Source: an uncultured Candidatus Saccharibacteria bacterium
GTDB taxonomy: Bacteria; Patescibacteriota; Andersenbacteria; UBA10190
Length of the DNA stretch: 64,000 bases
Reading direction: 5' to 3'
Assembly (NCBI GenBank): GCA_964610055.1
Contig: CAZSUC010000001.1
Coordinates: forward strand, 505,692 to 569,691
The position numbers were made by a program, and so were the translations under genes. Of the stretch, positions 47,315-58,018 are shown one piece after another (position 1 is the stretch's first letter; the number at the start of each line of letters is the position of its first letter). Under the pieces are notes generated by a model. It saw only the letters and a list, made by a program, of their open reading frames with translations. It was not told the DNA's origin and did not search any database.

Positions 47315-48787
47315 TTAGTACGTCTTAACTAATTTTATATCTTTATAGTAATAATGCAGTATCTTCTGGAAACTCCACCCCTCAGCTTTTGCAAACCCAT
47401 AAGCTCCTTGTGCACTCATACCTACACAATGTCCTGAGCAAGATGTTGCGACATGATAAGGATCTTTAACTGATTGCTGTAAATGTGGAAAACGATCAGT
47501 GTTCCACACTTCCTTCGCACTCCGCGTTCGTCCGTCAGAATCAGAGAAGTAAATTGTTGACACCAGTTCATCAGCTTCACTATCAGTTGCTACAATCCCC
47601 TTTACTTTATTAAATATTGAGGACATCCGAGGAGTTATTATTTCATACTCATACCCACGATACACCTGATCGTCAGCCGTTCGTCCGATATCGTATCCTC
47701 GAGCTTCATTTCGCCCTCCCGTTACCACCTTGTGATACAAAACATATGTCCGCGCTGCAATCCCTAAGGCCTTGATATATTCTTCGGGACCCTCTCCGCT
47801 GGTCTCAGCCAAACCGCGCAAATAATATTCCGTCCGCAATTCATTAATTGCCCATAATTCACTACAAGTAGTACACTTCCGAATCTCAATTACGCCTCGA
47901 AATCGATTATAATTCTTGCCGGAAATAGTCGTAGATAAATCAGAATAGCTTTTAATTTGCATAATCCCTGAGTTCAAAGGCACTAGCCTAATCTCTGTTT
48001 TAGTGTCAAAAGATAAGCCTGATCCTCGTACATGGTACTTACCATCAGACCAGCTTACCTGCACGACGTCATCCTTACCCAAAGTCGCTTTTATTGTGGA
48101 ACGACCTTCTCGTACCTGAAACTGAGAATTAGCCGTAACTTGAATAGCGCTACCATCAGTATTAAATATCCCAATTCTAACTTCATCTCCCATTGTGTGA
48201 GTTGAAACACCAGCTAATTGTTTTGTAATCACACCGCTAGTGCTTGTCGTCGCAGTAGTCGTGCTCGCCGTCTGGCCACAAATAGAATCACTGCCTTTAC
48301 GTGCGCCCTTAGATTTATGATATTTCATGGAATTTTCTAATTCCGTCAGACTCTTAATTTCTCCACACGAAATTCTTTTTCTCCACCAAGCCTTCTCTGC
48401 AGCAGTCGGGTCATTGCCGTAAATTTGCACAAATAACGGCAAAACCGCCACAATCATTTCTTGTTTTGTGTTAGTTGTGGTCGCTGATTTGGTTGTCGTT
48501 GATATTGCAGATGCGCTCGTAGTTGTCGCCATTGTTTGTCCTTGTGCTTTTTGATAAGCCATTGCTCCCTGTAAAGCCGCAAATGTTGTTTTCTCTTTAT
48601 TTACTACCCGCGTCACCCAGTATGTATTTTCTGCAGCTGTCGGATTACGACCAAATACCCCGCGAAATGCCTCATTAACTCGACTCTCTAAACCAGCCGC
48701 CTGTACTGGGACTGTTATGATAAACACAAAACTAATTACAGCTAGCCCTAATAGCCACGTTTTTTTTGAAAGAAGGAAACTTAACAT
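47315..48787 (-). CDS. Secreted SpoIID/LytB-domain protein (amidase enhancer-like) with Ser/Thr-rich linker
   Basis: Signal peptide, Thr/Ser-rich low-complexity regions, and a C-terminal SpoIID-like domain (GHCVGMSAQGAYGFAKAEGWSFQKILHYYY). Confidence 0.65.
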   Translation of the reverse strand: MLSFLLSKKTWLLGLAVISFVFIITVPVQAAGLESRVNEAFRGVFGRNPTAAENTYWVTRVVNKEKTTFAALQGAMAYQKAQGQTMATTTSASAISTTTKSATTTNTKQEMIVAVLPLFVQIYGNDPTAAEKAWWRKRISCGEIKSLTELENSMKYHKSKGARKGSDSICGQTASTTTATTSTSGVITKQLAGVSTHTMGDEVRIGIFNTDGSAIQVTANSQFQVREGRSTIKATLGKDDVVQVSWSDGKYHVRGSGLSFDTKTEIRLVPLNSGIMQIKSYSDLSTTISGKNYNRFRGVIEIRKCTTCSELWAINELRTEYYLRGLAETSGEGPEEYIKALGIAARTYVLYHKVVTGGRNEARGYDIGRTADDQVYRGYEYEIITPRMSSIFNKVKGIVATDSEADELVSTIYFSDSDGRTRSAKEVWNTDRFPHLQQSVKDPYHVATSCSGHCVGMSAQGAYGFAKAEGWSFQKILHYYYKDIKLVKTY

Positions 48788-48892
48788 AACCCCATACTAC
48801 CAAACCAGCTCAATCAATCAAATTTATCTTCATCTTACCTTTACGAATAGCCTATAGATTTTTCCCCTAGTCATCCGCTACTATAAGTATGT

Positions 48893-49921
48893 ATGCCACC
48901 CGTCCCATACAATGGAATCTTGTCACATGAATCACCTGCCGATAGCCGTCTGGCAAAATTAGTCGTTATTATCCCTGCCCTCAACGAAGAGCAAACCATT
49001 GCTCATGTTATTCAAAAAGTACCTCGCCAGATCACCCAGACTCGTGATATCGAAATCCTGGTTGTCGATGATGGCTCAACCGATCAAACTACCGCTTACG
49101 CCCAAAATGCCGGAGCTTTAGTTGTTCGTCATGGTCATAATCTTGGCGTTGGTGCTGCTTTCCAGACTGGTATTCGTGAAGCATTACGTCTTGGAGCTGA
49201 CATTATTGTTAACATGGACGCTGATGGTCAATTCAATCCCCAAGACATTCCCGCTTTAATTCAACCTATTCAATCCGGCCAAGCCTCTTTTGTTACCGCC
49301 ACTCGCTTTGCTCGTCCTGAATTAATACCAGAAATGCCGGCTATCAAACTCTGGGGAAATCAATGGATGGCTCGTTTAATTAATTTTATCACTCGTAAAC
49401 ACTTCACTGACGTTTCCTGTGGCTTTAGAGCTTATACTCGTGAAGCCGCCTTACGTCTTACTCTTTTTGGCCATTTCACTTACACCCAAGAAACTTTTAT
49501 TGACCTAGCCTTTAAAGATATCGCCATGACGGAGGTACCGCTCAAAGTACGTGGCGAGCGTGAGTTTGGACAATCTCGAGTAGCTGCTAATCTGTGGCGT
49601 TATGGATTAAAATCAGCCGCTATTATCTTTCGCGCTGCGCGTGATTATCGTCCTCTTTATTTCTTTGGTATTCCCGGAATTATTGTTTTTACTCTCGGTA
49701 TCCTGAGCGGACTTTTCCTACTCGTTCATTTCCTGCAAACCGGTCAAACATATCCTTATCGTTCTCTCGTTCAGTTATCTAGCGTTTTAATTATTCTTGG
49801 CTTCTTATTACTGTTCCAATCCATGCTCGCAGATATGATGTATCGCAATCGTATTGTTACCGAAGAAGCTGTTTATCATGCGCGCAAAGCTGCCTACCGT
49901 CGTGTCTCAACCATCTCCTAA
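48893..49921 (+). CDS. GT2 polyprenol-phosphate glycosyltransferase (DPM1/GtrB-like) with C-terminal transmembrane helices
   Basis: Motifs VVIIPALNEE...VVDDGSTDQT, a DAD motif (NMDADGQ), and two C-terminal transmembrane helices. The start may lie downstream of the annotated Met. Confidence 0.7.
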   Translation: MPPVPYNGILSHESPADSRLAKLVVIIPALNEEQTIAHVIQKVPRQITQTRDIEILVVDDGSTDQTTAYAQNAGALVVRHGHNLGVGAAFQTGIREALRLGADIIVNMDADGQFNPQDIPALIQPIQSGQASFVTATRFARPELIPEMPAIKLWGNQWMARLINFITRKHFTDVSCGFRAYTREAALRLTLFGHFTYTQETFIDLAFKDIAMTEVPLKVRGEREFGQSRVAANLWRYGLKSAAIIFRAARDYRPLYFFGIPGIIVFTLGILSGLFLLVHFLQTGQTYPYRSLVQLSSVLIILGFLLLFQSMLADMMYRNRIVTEEAVYHARKAAYRRVSTIS

Positions 49922-51014
49922 TTCAAATCTACGCATTCTTTTCATTAGTCGCGCTCATGGCTTGAACGCTGGCGGAATGGAGCGTTTAAGTCATCATATC
50001 TTATCCGAATACCAGCAAAATCCTCGAATTACCGTCCACGCTCTAGTTCATCGCCCCGTCACTCATCGCTCACTATTTATTCACCGCCTATCCTCCTTAT
50101 GTTTCACCCTATCTTTAATTCCACGAGCACTTTTTCTAGCTCGCACAGTTGATGCTGTTCATCTAGGCGATCCTGTTTTAGCTCTCATCGGACGACTTAT
50201 TCAATTAGTTTGGCATAAGCCAATTGCTGTGACTGTTCATGGTTTAGACATAACTTATCCTCACGCTATTTATCAGTCTTATCTACGTTCTTTTTTCACT
50301 CAATTTAACGCCTACTTCCCTATCAGCACTCACACTGCTAAGTTATTGCAATCATTTAACCTAACTGGATCAGTGACTATTATTCAACCAGGAACAGATG
50401 ATTGGTTTACTCCTCACGAATACACCCATTCTGATTTAAGCCAGTTTTTAGGCCGCTCTATTACTAACCAAGTCATACTTCTCACAATTGGACGCCTTGT
50501 GCCTCGAAAGGGTCACTTATGGTTTATTCAAAAAGTTTTGCCCTCTCTTCCACCTCATACTCTTTATGTAATCGCCGGTATCGGTCCTGAATATTCCACT
50601 TTGCGTGTTTATCTTGATCAACATCCCGAAATCAGCCAACAGGTATGTTTGTCAGGACGAGTCAGTGACCAAAACTTACGCTTACTTTATAACACTGCCG
50701 ATGCTTTTATTGAACCAAATATATCGACTCAGAATGACTCCGAAGGATTTGGACTTGTTCTACTTGAAGCAGCGATGTGCGGTCTGCCTGTTTTTGCGGC
50801 TGACCTTGAGGGCATTCGTGATGCAATTACCCCTAATCAGAATGGGACTCTCCTACCTTCTGCCCAGGCTCAAATTTGGATTGATACTCTTTTCGGTTTC
50901 ATCAATCATCCCTATAAAAATTCCCACGCTCGTAAATATACTCTCACTCATTTTAACTGGTCCTACGTAAGCAACAAATATATTCACGCTCTGAAGCAAA
51001 TTGTAAAAAAATAA
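49854..51014 (+). CDS. Glycosyltransferase family 4
   Basis: GT4 motif DSEGFGLVLLEAAMCGLPVFAADLEGIRD. The 5' end overlaps the preceding gene by about 68 nt, so the exact start is uncertain. Confidence 0.7.
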   Translation: MLPKKLFIMRAKLPTVVSQPSPNSNLRILFISRAHGLNAGGMERLSHHILSEYQQNPRITVHALVHRPVTHRSLFIHRLSSLCFTLSLIPRALFLARTVDAVHLGDPVLALIGRLIQLVWHKPIAVTVHGLDITYPHAIYQSYLRSFFTQFNAYFPISTHTAKLLQSFNLTGSVTIIQPGTDDWFTPHEYTHSDLSQFLGRSITNQVILLTIGRLVPRKGHLWFIQKVLPSLPPHTLYVIAGIGPEYSTLRVYLDQHPEISQQVCLSGRVSDQNLRLLYNTADAFIEPNISTQNDSEGFGLVLLEAAMCGLPVFAADLEGIRDAITPNQNGTLLPSAQAQIWIDTLFGFINHPYKNSHARKYTLTHFNWSYVSNKYIHALKQIVKK

Positions 51015-51023
51015 TCAGCTCTA

Positions 51024-51368
51024 TCAATCCCTACGCTCCATTGCTTCAAAAGCCATATTCACTAGCGACAAAACTACACTAAACAGCAATGCCCACCAAA
51101 AACTGGCCACTTCAAATCCAGATACAATTTTACTCGCCAATAAAACCATAAAAGCATTAATCACAAACGCAAACAATCCTAGGCTTACAACTGTCAGAGG
51201 CAAAGTTAAAATTAACAATAAAGGTCTTAAAACAGCGTTTAAAATGCCTAAAACTAATGCCGTTACCGCTGCCGCCGCTATGCTTGTTACCATAACTCCC
51301 GGCAACAACCAAGTTGTAACCCCAATCGCTAAAGTTGCCACTAGCCATTTAAGCAATAATTTCATCAT
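51024..51368 (-). CDS. Small four-transmembrane protein of the phage-holin-4/DUF360-like family
   Basis: 114 aa with four hydrophobic helices and a pattern (LLPGV...LNAVLRPLLLILTLP) resembling PF04020-type proteins. Confidence 0.45.
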   Translation of the reverse strand: MMKLLLKWLVATLAIGVTTWLLPGVMVTSIAAAAVTALVLGILNAVLRPLLLILTLPLTVVSLGLFAFVINAFMVLLASKIVSGFEVASFWWALLFSVVLSLVNMAFEAMERRD

Positions 51369-51389
51369 AAGCTTAGTATACCATAAGCG

Positions 51390-52016
51390 TTATTTTACTC
51401 GTCGTACAGTCGTTAATAACCTCGTCTTCTGTTCAAGCGTGCCCATATCTCCTCGTCGATATGACGGTAATTCTTTACAAGCAAACGTACAGCGTCCATC
51501 TGGCCAGATTTTTCCGCTATAACTCCAACGTTTCAACCAAATCTTAACTATAGATTCCAAATCAACTTTCCAAATAACATTATTGTATTGAAATGCTTCG
51601 GGAAACATTTTGTGTAAACTTTTCAGTTCAGCCCCCATGCTCTCGAATATAAAATGATCCTTACATATATGTGGACCCATATACACCCCTTCAAGATCAT
51701 AAATATTTAAATAATCTTCTATCGCTCCCAAAATACCCGCGACTAATGATTTTCGGCTTACATGTGCGATTATGGCTTTCTCCTTACCTAGTAACCCTAG
51801 CGGCAAACAATCAGAAGTATATACCCCAGCCTCTATATTTTTCTCAGCAACCAAAATTCCATCGGCCACAGTCACTCCCCGCAATATTTTTTCTGCGGCC
51901 AGAATTACACCAGTATGTTGTTGTTTTGCCAATACTACCGGACTTTTAAAATCACGCTCTTGGCCACACCTCACCCGCCAGTTCCCGATCTCCAGAATTA
52001 AGATGGGCACATCCAA
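51390..52016 (-). CDS. pgeF: YfiH/PgeF-family (DUF152) laccase-domain protein / peptidoglycan editing factor
   Basis: Conserved Cys/His positions (TSDCLPL, IAHVSRKS, MGPHIC). Confidence 0.7.
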   Translation of the reverse strand: MDVPILILEIGNWRVRCGQERDFKSPVVLAKQQHTGVILAAEKILRGVTVADGILVAEKNIEAGVYTSDCLPLGLLGKEKAIIAHVSRKSLVAGILGAIEDYLNIYDLEGVYMGPHICKDHFIFESMGAELKSLHKMFPEAFQYNNVIWKVDLESIVKIWLKRWSYSGKIWPDGRCTFACKELPSYRRGDMGTLEQKTRLLTTVRRVK

Positions 52017-53776
52017 ATTCCAACCTCATTATTGAAAAACACAGCATCTTGTTTTTGAAGAAAATTCTCCCAAACTTGATATTCATCTTGAGACAGTAAT
52101 ATAAAATCTGCTTGTTTGCAGACTCGCGCCTGAGATTCAATATTCCCCGCAAAAGCTAACTGAATTTCGGCTAATAATTCATCATTCACAGATAACCAGT
52201 AATCTTTAGTACGTACTACAGTTCGTCCTGTAAACATTGGTATACTCCAAAAACTATCTGGATTTTGCAAAAATATAGCTGACTCAGCGGTTTGATCCTT
52301 AATCCACCTCAAAGCCTGTATTTCTTCACGACTCACTCGCTTTTCGTCTTGAAATAACAAACTATCCATTGTTGTCGCCATACTTGCCCCGACCGGCATC
52401 AGCATAATCATCACTATACTCAAACCACCTGCTAACCAAATTAACTGCATTATTCGCTCTTTCTTAAAGCTAATCCATATACCAACCCAACCTTTAATTA
52501 CTTTCTCAAATACTCCGACCGTCATTGGCCAAAGCAACAAAACTGCGTGATACCAAAACCGAGATGCATTTGCTATTACAAGCTCACGCTCCGAAAAAAT
52601 AAATGACACTAACCCTAACAGAACTAAAGTCACACCTAATCCAACTAAAATTGGCTTTTGCCGAAAATACAGAGCTGACCCTAAGCTTGTAATTATTATT
52701 AGCGGTGCTAATTTCATCGCGTCCAATGCCGCTGTGTATGAAAATTGAGGAACAATCGCTATTCCTCCCTCCCCAGGGGTAAACTTTAGAAAAATCACCA
52801 ACCACAACCCAATTCCTAAAACATATACCCAGCGAATTACTTTAGAATTTTGCGAATTTAACGCTTGCATTCCGTAACTCGCACAAATTAAACCTAAAGC
52901 CGCTGTTCCTGTAACCGCATTACTTAGGAGTAAAACTAAAGCAAATACAGCAGCTAATCCCCACTGCCACAAAGTTAGTTTATCCTTGTTGCTTTGTACC
53001 CTGTTCAATAAACCAACTAATCCTAAAAATATTCCCGTTAAGAAAAAATGACTTTGAGGATAAACAAAATTATCCCAACTCGTACCAATAACGTAGATCG
53101 CCATCAAACCTGTTAAAATAAGCATCATTCTACTGTTTAAATGTTGCGCAAACATTCGATCGTACCCCCAAAACAACAAAGGAATCGTGATTAAAACTTG
53201 TCCTAAGACCAACCACGGTAAGATAATTAACCAGTTATCAGCTAAACCCATCACCAAAACCAAGGTTGCTAATCCGCCGTGCAATAAAGTTGGATATTCT
53301 AAACCAGGTGAATACGAAAACGGGTTACGATCAAACAATCCCTGTTCCATTAACGAACCATTAACTAATGCGGATAAAGTCGCAGTATCTCCGTTATAAT
53401 ATCCATGTGCAATCCAACCACCATTCACCCAACCGTTCCGAGATAACACAATTATAGCCCCTAAAAAAACTAGGCTTGTTACTAAAACAACCGGCACCTC
53501 TTTTTTCCAAGTTTTTATTAAGACTTCTGGTAGCCGCCACTTTTTCCTATTCCAAAATCCTATCAACAAAAACAACACTGTTCCGATACCATACACATAT
53601 ATACTTGGCCAATTCGACCAAACCATACGATCAGCTATGGTTAGCACTAACCATTCTGCCTCCACCATAACACCAACTAGGGCTAGCCACACCGTCCATC
53701 TCTCTATTTTTCCGCACAATGATACTCCCAATACAGCTGAGCTCAATAAGCCTAAACCAATTAATAACCACATCAT
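51998..53776 (-). CDS. Polytopic membrane protein with C-terminal soluble domain (GT-C-like putative glycan polymerase/transferase)
   Basis: Twelve or more transmembrane helices followed by a ~170-aa hydrophilic C-terminus. Sits in a glycan-biosynthesis context. No definitive motif. Confidence 0.3.
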   Translation of the reverse strand: MMWLLIGLGLLSSAVLGVSLCGKIERWTVWLALVGVMVEAEWLVLTIADRMVWSNWPSIYVYGIGTVLFLLIGFWNRKKWRLPEVLIKTWKKEVPVVLVTSLVFLGAIIVLSRNGWVNGGWIAHGYYNGDTATLSALVNGSLMEQGLFDRNPFSYSPGLEYPTLLHGGLATLVLVMGLADNWLIILPWLVLGQVLITIPLLFWGYDRMFAQHLNSRMMLILTGLMAIYVIGTSWDNFVYPQSHFFLTGIFLGLVGLLNRVQSNKDKLTLWQWGLAAVFALVLLLSNAVTGTAALGLICASYGMQALNSQNSKVIRWVYVLGIGLWLVIFLKFTPGEGGIAIVPQFSYTAALDAMKLAPLIIITSLGSALYFRQKPILVGLGVTLVLLGLVSFIFSERELVIANASRFWYHAVLLLWPMTVGVFEKVIKGWVGIWISFKKERIMQLIWLAGGLSIVMIMLMPVGASMATTMDSLLFQDEKRVSREEIQALRWIKDQTAESAIFLQNPDSFWSIPMFTGRTVVRTKDYWLSVNDELLAEIQLAFAGNIESQARVCKQADFILLSQDEYQVWENFLQKQDAVFFNNEVGIWMCPS

Positions 53777-53865
53777 ACTCTATAACAATGCCAAAGTTTT
53801 CTTAAAAACAAAAGCACACCTTAACACGGGTTTTCTTTTTTCCTGCCCCCTGATACCTTAAATAT

Positions 53866-54579
53866 ATGAAACTTTCTTTAGTTATTCCGGCCTATAACGA
53901 GACTAAACGCATTGGTCCTTTCTTACATAGCATCGCAACATATTACCAGCATCACCAGGCACATATTCGCGAAGTTATTGTAGTTGATGATGGCAGCCAA
54001 GATGATACTGTTAAAATTGTAAATCAGTATATTCATCGCTTACCGCTACGTGTCCTGATCCATTCCGTTAACCAAGGAAAAGGAGCAGCCGTTCAAACTG
54101 GCATGCTAGCTGCTCGCGGTGACGCTATTATTTTTATGGACGCTGATGGAGCTACGCCAATTGGAGAATTACCGAAAATGATTGACAGTTTAGAAAAATC
54201 AGATATTGCGGTTGGTAATCGCTGGATAAGAGGAGCAAAAACAGAACGCCATTCTATTCTCAGATCATTTAGCGGTTGGACATACCGTACTTATATGCGT
54301 CTTTTGGGTCTAGGAAAAATTGACACCATGTGCGGATTCAAAGGCTATCATTTTAATGTTGCTCAAGATTTATTCGCTAACCTCCAAGAAAAAGGCTGGC
54401 TTTTTGACACCGAAATCGCCTATAAATCCATCCGTCGCGGCTATACTACCGCTAATTTCCCTATTCGCTGGACCAGTCAAGACGGAAGCAAGCTCTCTAC
54501 ATATACTCTTATTAAATCAGCTCTAAAGATTTGGCCATTAATTAGACGCTTGCGCCAAACTGAACCAAAATCTAAATAA
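53866..54579 (+). CDS. GT2 polyprenol-phosphate glycosyltransferase (DPM1-like)
   Basis: Motifs MKLSLVIPAYNE...VVDDGSQDDT...FMDADGATP. Confidence 0.75.
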   Translation: MKLSLVIPAYNETKRIGPFLHSIATYYQHHQAHIREVIVVDDGSQDDTVKIVNQYIHRLPLRVLIHSVNQGKGAAVQTGMLAARGDAIIFMDADGATPIGELPKMIDSLEKSDIAVGNRWIRGAKTERHSILRSFSGWTYRTYMRLLGLGKIDTMCGFKGYHFNVAQDLFANLQEKGWLFDTEIAYKSIRRGYTTANFPIRWTSQDGSKLSTYTLIKSALKIWPLIRRLRQTEPKSK

Positions 54580-54584
54580 CCGCT

Positions 54585-55754
54585 GTGCGCATTGTTTTTG
54601 TCACAACTCTTTCTTTATCCGGCTCCACTAACCGCGGCCGCATTATTCCTCTCGCTCAACAACTCTCCCGTCACCACAATGTTCATTTACTTACATTACG
54701 ATCCCACACCTCCGACTCTTCATCCTGTCCGACTGGTTTATCCTGTCACATAGTTGGCACTGAACCTTTTTATCGCCATCAAAACGGAAAAAAACGTCTC
54801 AAAAATATCAGTTTATTTGTTAACATGTTAGCGACTGCCTGGCATATTTTTCGCACTTTAACTCATCTGCGTCCTGACTGTGTTATTGTTTCCAAACCAC
54901 TTCCGCACAACACTCTCGGTGTCTTACTATGGCATTGGTTTAGCCGTCTTCATACCTCTATTATCTTAGATGTTGACGACTTCGAATTGTCCGCTAACCA
55001 ACTCTCTTCTTGGCTTCAACGCGCTAGTATTCATTGGTCGGAACGTATGGCTACGTCTTTAAGCAACCAAATTATTGCCGCCACCCCTTTTCTTGTTGAT
55101 CATTTTCAATTTTTAAAACCTAGTGCTTCAGTTCATTTGATTCCTACCGGCATTAATCCTGTCTCTTTGCCACTTCATCAGACATCTCACTCTTCGCAAC
55201 CCATTATTACTTATTTAGGTAGTTTATCGCGCTCATCAGGCCATCCAATTGAGTTATTACCAGCCATAATGAAAGAATTGGTTACTTTTCAGCCTAGCGC
55301 CCAACTCTTGATTGCCGGTTCTGGCGATGACGAGTCTTTCTTGCGCCAAAAAATACAAGAACTCCACTTATCAAAACAGGTGATTTGGTATGGAGCCTTT
55401 ACTCCAAACAATTTATCTGACATCTTAACACGCACTACTATAATCATTGATCCAATCAATAACAGTGTAACCGAAAGAGCAAAAAGCAGCTTTCGTTCCG
55501 TTTTAGCTATAGTTACCGGAAAACCATTAGTAACTAGCAATATTGGCATTCGCGCCGATATCGTGCCTCCTTCTTTTCATGATCGTTTTTTTGCCGAACC
55601 AAACAATGTTCATGCTTATGCCAAAGTAATTAACCATTTAATTACGAACCCACTTTCAACTTCCGAATCGTCTACTTTAATAGCTTACGGTCAAAAATAT
55701 ACTTGGCCCATTCTCGCTAATTCCTATAACTCAATTATTAACCACGCATCATGA
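54585..55754 (+). CDS. Divergent GT-B-fold glycosyltransferase (GT4-like)
   Basis: Two-domain architecture. The C-terminal half resembles GT4 but lacks a clear EX7E motif. Confidence 0.35.
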   Translation: MRIVFVTTLSLSGSTNRGRIIPLAQQLSRHHNVHLLTLRSHTSDSSSCPTGLSCHIVGTEPFYRHQNGKKRLKNISLFVNMLATAWHIFRTLTHLRPDCVIVSKPLPHNTLGVLLWHWFSRLHTSIILDVDDFELSANQLSSWLQRASIHWSERMATSLSNQIIAATPFLVDHFQFLKPSASVHLIPTGINPVSLPLHQTSHSSQPIITYLGSLSRSSGHPIELLPAIMKELVTFQPSAQLLIAGSGDDESFLRQKIQELHLSKQVIWYGAFTPNNLSDILTRTTIIIDPINNSVTERAKSSFRSVLAIVTGKPLVTSNIGIRADIVPPSFHDRFFAEPNNVHAYAKVINHLITNPLSTSESSTLIAYGQKYTWPILANSYNSIINHAS

Positions 55755-58018
55755 TTACTGTTATTTTGTCTGTCATTGCACCACTCCTCTTTTTTTTCAT
55801 CCCCGGATGTATTTTTATTCGTTCACGGCAATCCATTATTCACGCTTCAGCGTTAATTTTTCTTACTAGCTTAGTTTTCTTTACTTTAACTAGTTTTGTC
55901 CTCACTTATTTCCATCTGTCTTTATGGTGGTGCTGGGGACTTGCTTTTTTAATTACTTTCTATGGATTTTGGCACCACCGTCACGAATTAATCGCCGCAC
56001 GACACCATTTCTTATTAATTCTTAGTGTTTTTCTCTTATTATTTGGCATTTTTTCTCTGCCGCTTCTTTTATTACGTGACGGACTGCCAACCGGAGACAG
56101 CCAAAAAGCCATTTACTGGGCCGAGCATATTTATACTAATCATCACCTTCCTGATTACAGTCAGAGCATAGAACTATTTAATCGTGATCCTGTCGACTTC
56201 TATACTCCTGGACTGCATACCCTAGTCGCCGCTTTACTACCAATCACTAGCCTTGCTCTTATCAGCGTGTCCTTCCTATCAATTGCCCTAAGTATTGCCA
56301 CTGCTTTTGTCTTGGCCGCTACTGCTCGTCTTATTTTCCCCCATATTGCCCGTCTACCTCTTATCTTTTTGACTATTTTTCTTATTCTCACCAACCTTAG
56401 ATTCTCTCGATATCTCATTGATCCTGGCTATCACTTACAAAACATTGCCGGAGAATTTTTCTTATTCGGAGCAATATATCTTTGTCTTTTATTAGTTCGA
56501 CATCATTTAACCTGGCCTCGCGTCACTCTTTTAGCCGCGCTCTTAGTCGCGCTATTTATCACCCATCAATTCTCTGCCTTTATTGCGGCTTTTGTCCTCC
56601 TGCCTTTTGCCGTCCCCCTCACACTTAAAGCTTTTGCCTCTGCTCGCAATCGTTATCGCTTTTTGCCCTTTATTCTTGGGATTCTGATTGCAACTCTAAT
56701 ATTAATTGCCTTTCAGCTAGGCTTGCATCAAAAAATTGGTGATTTCTTTACTACGACTCCGCATTTGCTTGCAGATACTCCGAACTTATCCGACTACCCT
56801 CGTCTTCTGGGCATCACCTGGACCTTCTTAAGTTTAACCGGAATTGGCTTATTCATTATTTCTCTACGCTCATCTTCTCAACGTTCATTGCATCTAACCT
56901 ACTTGATTTCCCTTCTGGTCTTACTTGCTCTTTCCCAAGCCCCACATTTTGGTCTTGATATCCCCCCTGTGCGCGCTTTGTTCTACGTTATTGCACCTCT
57001 AAGTATTTTTGCTGCTTTTGCTTGGATAGAAATTTATAAATTAATGCTTACCTGGCGTTCTAATCGTTGGCGTTATATTTTACCTACTTTATCTTCAATT
57101 ATACTAATTACAATTATTACTATTCCAGCCATTGCTTCATACCAACCCAATTTTTCTGTTCGTACTAATTCAACCTTACAACCCGAAATTATAGCGGCCT
57201 TATCCGAACTTAACTTACTCTCTGACAAATCCGGTTTAGTTGCTGACGATTACAATCAGCGCAGCACCTCTTGGTTTCTTTTATCTAGCCACCCCGTTTT
57301 TTCTCGATCCGCTGATGACTTAAGTCGCATTATGGCTGAATCCAATCAATCTGAATTACGTCACACTATTTACTTAAACCAACTTGACTACGAAAAAATA
57401 TTTGATCTAGGCAATTCCGACTGTTTACCAGCTCTACTGAATGCTCATGACATCAATTGGATTGTCGCCGACAATGACACATCTACCTCAAGCTTTACTC
57501 GTAATCAAAACCTTCAAACAGTTTTTACCGGCTCAACTTTCACTATCTTTCATTATAACGAGCAAGATATTAATGATTCTTCTCCTCTCTGTTCCTGGCT
57601 CTTGAAATCAAGCACTTTAGCTAATGACTTAGGTGATGACGAAGATATTTACTTGCACTTACCTGCCAGCTTACGCACTACTCGCCTCGATGATAACGGC
57701 AATACTACTGCTCCTATCATCCCACTATATTTTAACGTCGGTACCTACAATCAAGCTCTTATTGATCAAGACAAAAATCAGTACCCTGATTCATCCTTAC
57801 AGCTTTATCTTAGTTTCAACACTTCTCCCCATACTAATCTCACAGTTCAAACACCCAGCGGAACAATTTTACCCATTACTTCCGATTCCGCACTGAAAAT
57901 CGAACCACAACAACTTAAAATCGATAATGAAGGATTTATTGTTCTTAATCTCTTAAATCCCCAACAAAGTCTTGTTAATCTTGATCTTATTGCTTTAGGT
58001 TTAGCTAATACCCCATGA
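55751..58018 (+). CDS. Large polytopic membrane protein with C-terminal extracytoplasmic domain (GT-C / PMT-ArnT-like candidate)
   Basis: About 13 transmembrane helices. An early loop (DGLPTGDSQKAIYWAEHIYTNHHLPDY) is reminiscent of GT-C acceptor-loop regions. The C-terminal ~300 aa are soluble. Confidence 0.3.
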   Translation: MITVILSVIAPLLFFFIPGCIFIRSRQSIIHASALIFLTSLVFFTLTSFVLTYFHLSLWWCWGLAFLITFYGFWHHRHELIAARHHFLLILSVFLLLFGIFSLPLLLLRDGLPTGDSQKAIYWAEHIYTNHHLPDYSQSIELFNRDPVDFYTPGLHTLVAALLPITSLALISVSFLSIALSIATAFVLAATARLIFPHIARLPLIFLTIFLILTNLRFSRYLIDPGYHLQNIAGEFFLFGAIYLCLLLVRHHLTWPRVTLLAALLVALFITHQFSAFIAAFVLLPFAVPLTLKAFASARNRYRFLPFILGILIATLILIAFQLGLHQKIGDFFTTTPHLLADTPNLSDYPRLLGITWTFLSLTGIGLFIISLRSSSQRSLHLTYLISLLVLLALSQAPHFGLDIPPVRALFYVIAPLSIFAAFAWIEIYKLMLTWRSNRWRYILPTLSSIILITIITIPAIASYQPNFSVRTNSTLQPEIIAALSELNLLSDKSGLVADDYNQRSTSWFLLSSHPVFSRSADDLSRIMAESNQSELRHTIYLNQLDYEKIFDLGNSDCLPALLNAHDINWIVADNDTSTSSFTRNQNLQTVFTGSTFTIFHYNEQDINDSSPLCSWLLKSSTLANDLGDDEDIYLHLPASLRTTRLDDNGNTTAPIIPLYFNVGTYNQALIDQDKNQYPDSSLQLYLSFNTSPHTNLTVQTPSGTILPITSDSALKIEPQQLKIDNEGFIVLNLLNPQQSLVNLDLIALGLANTP

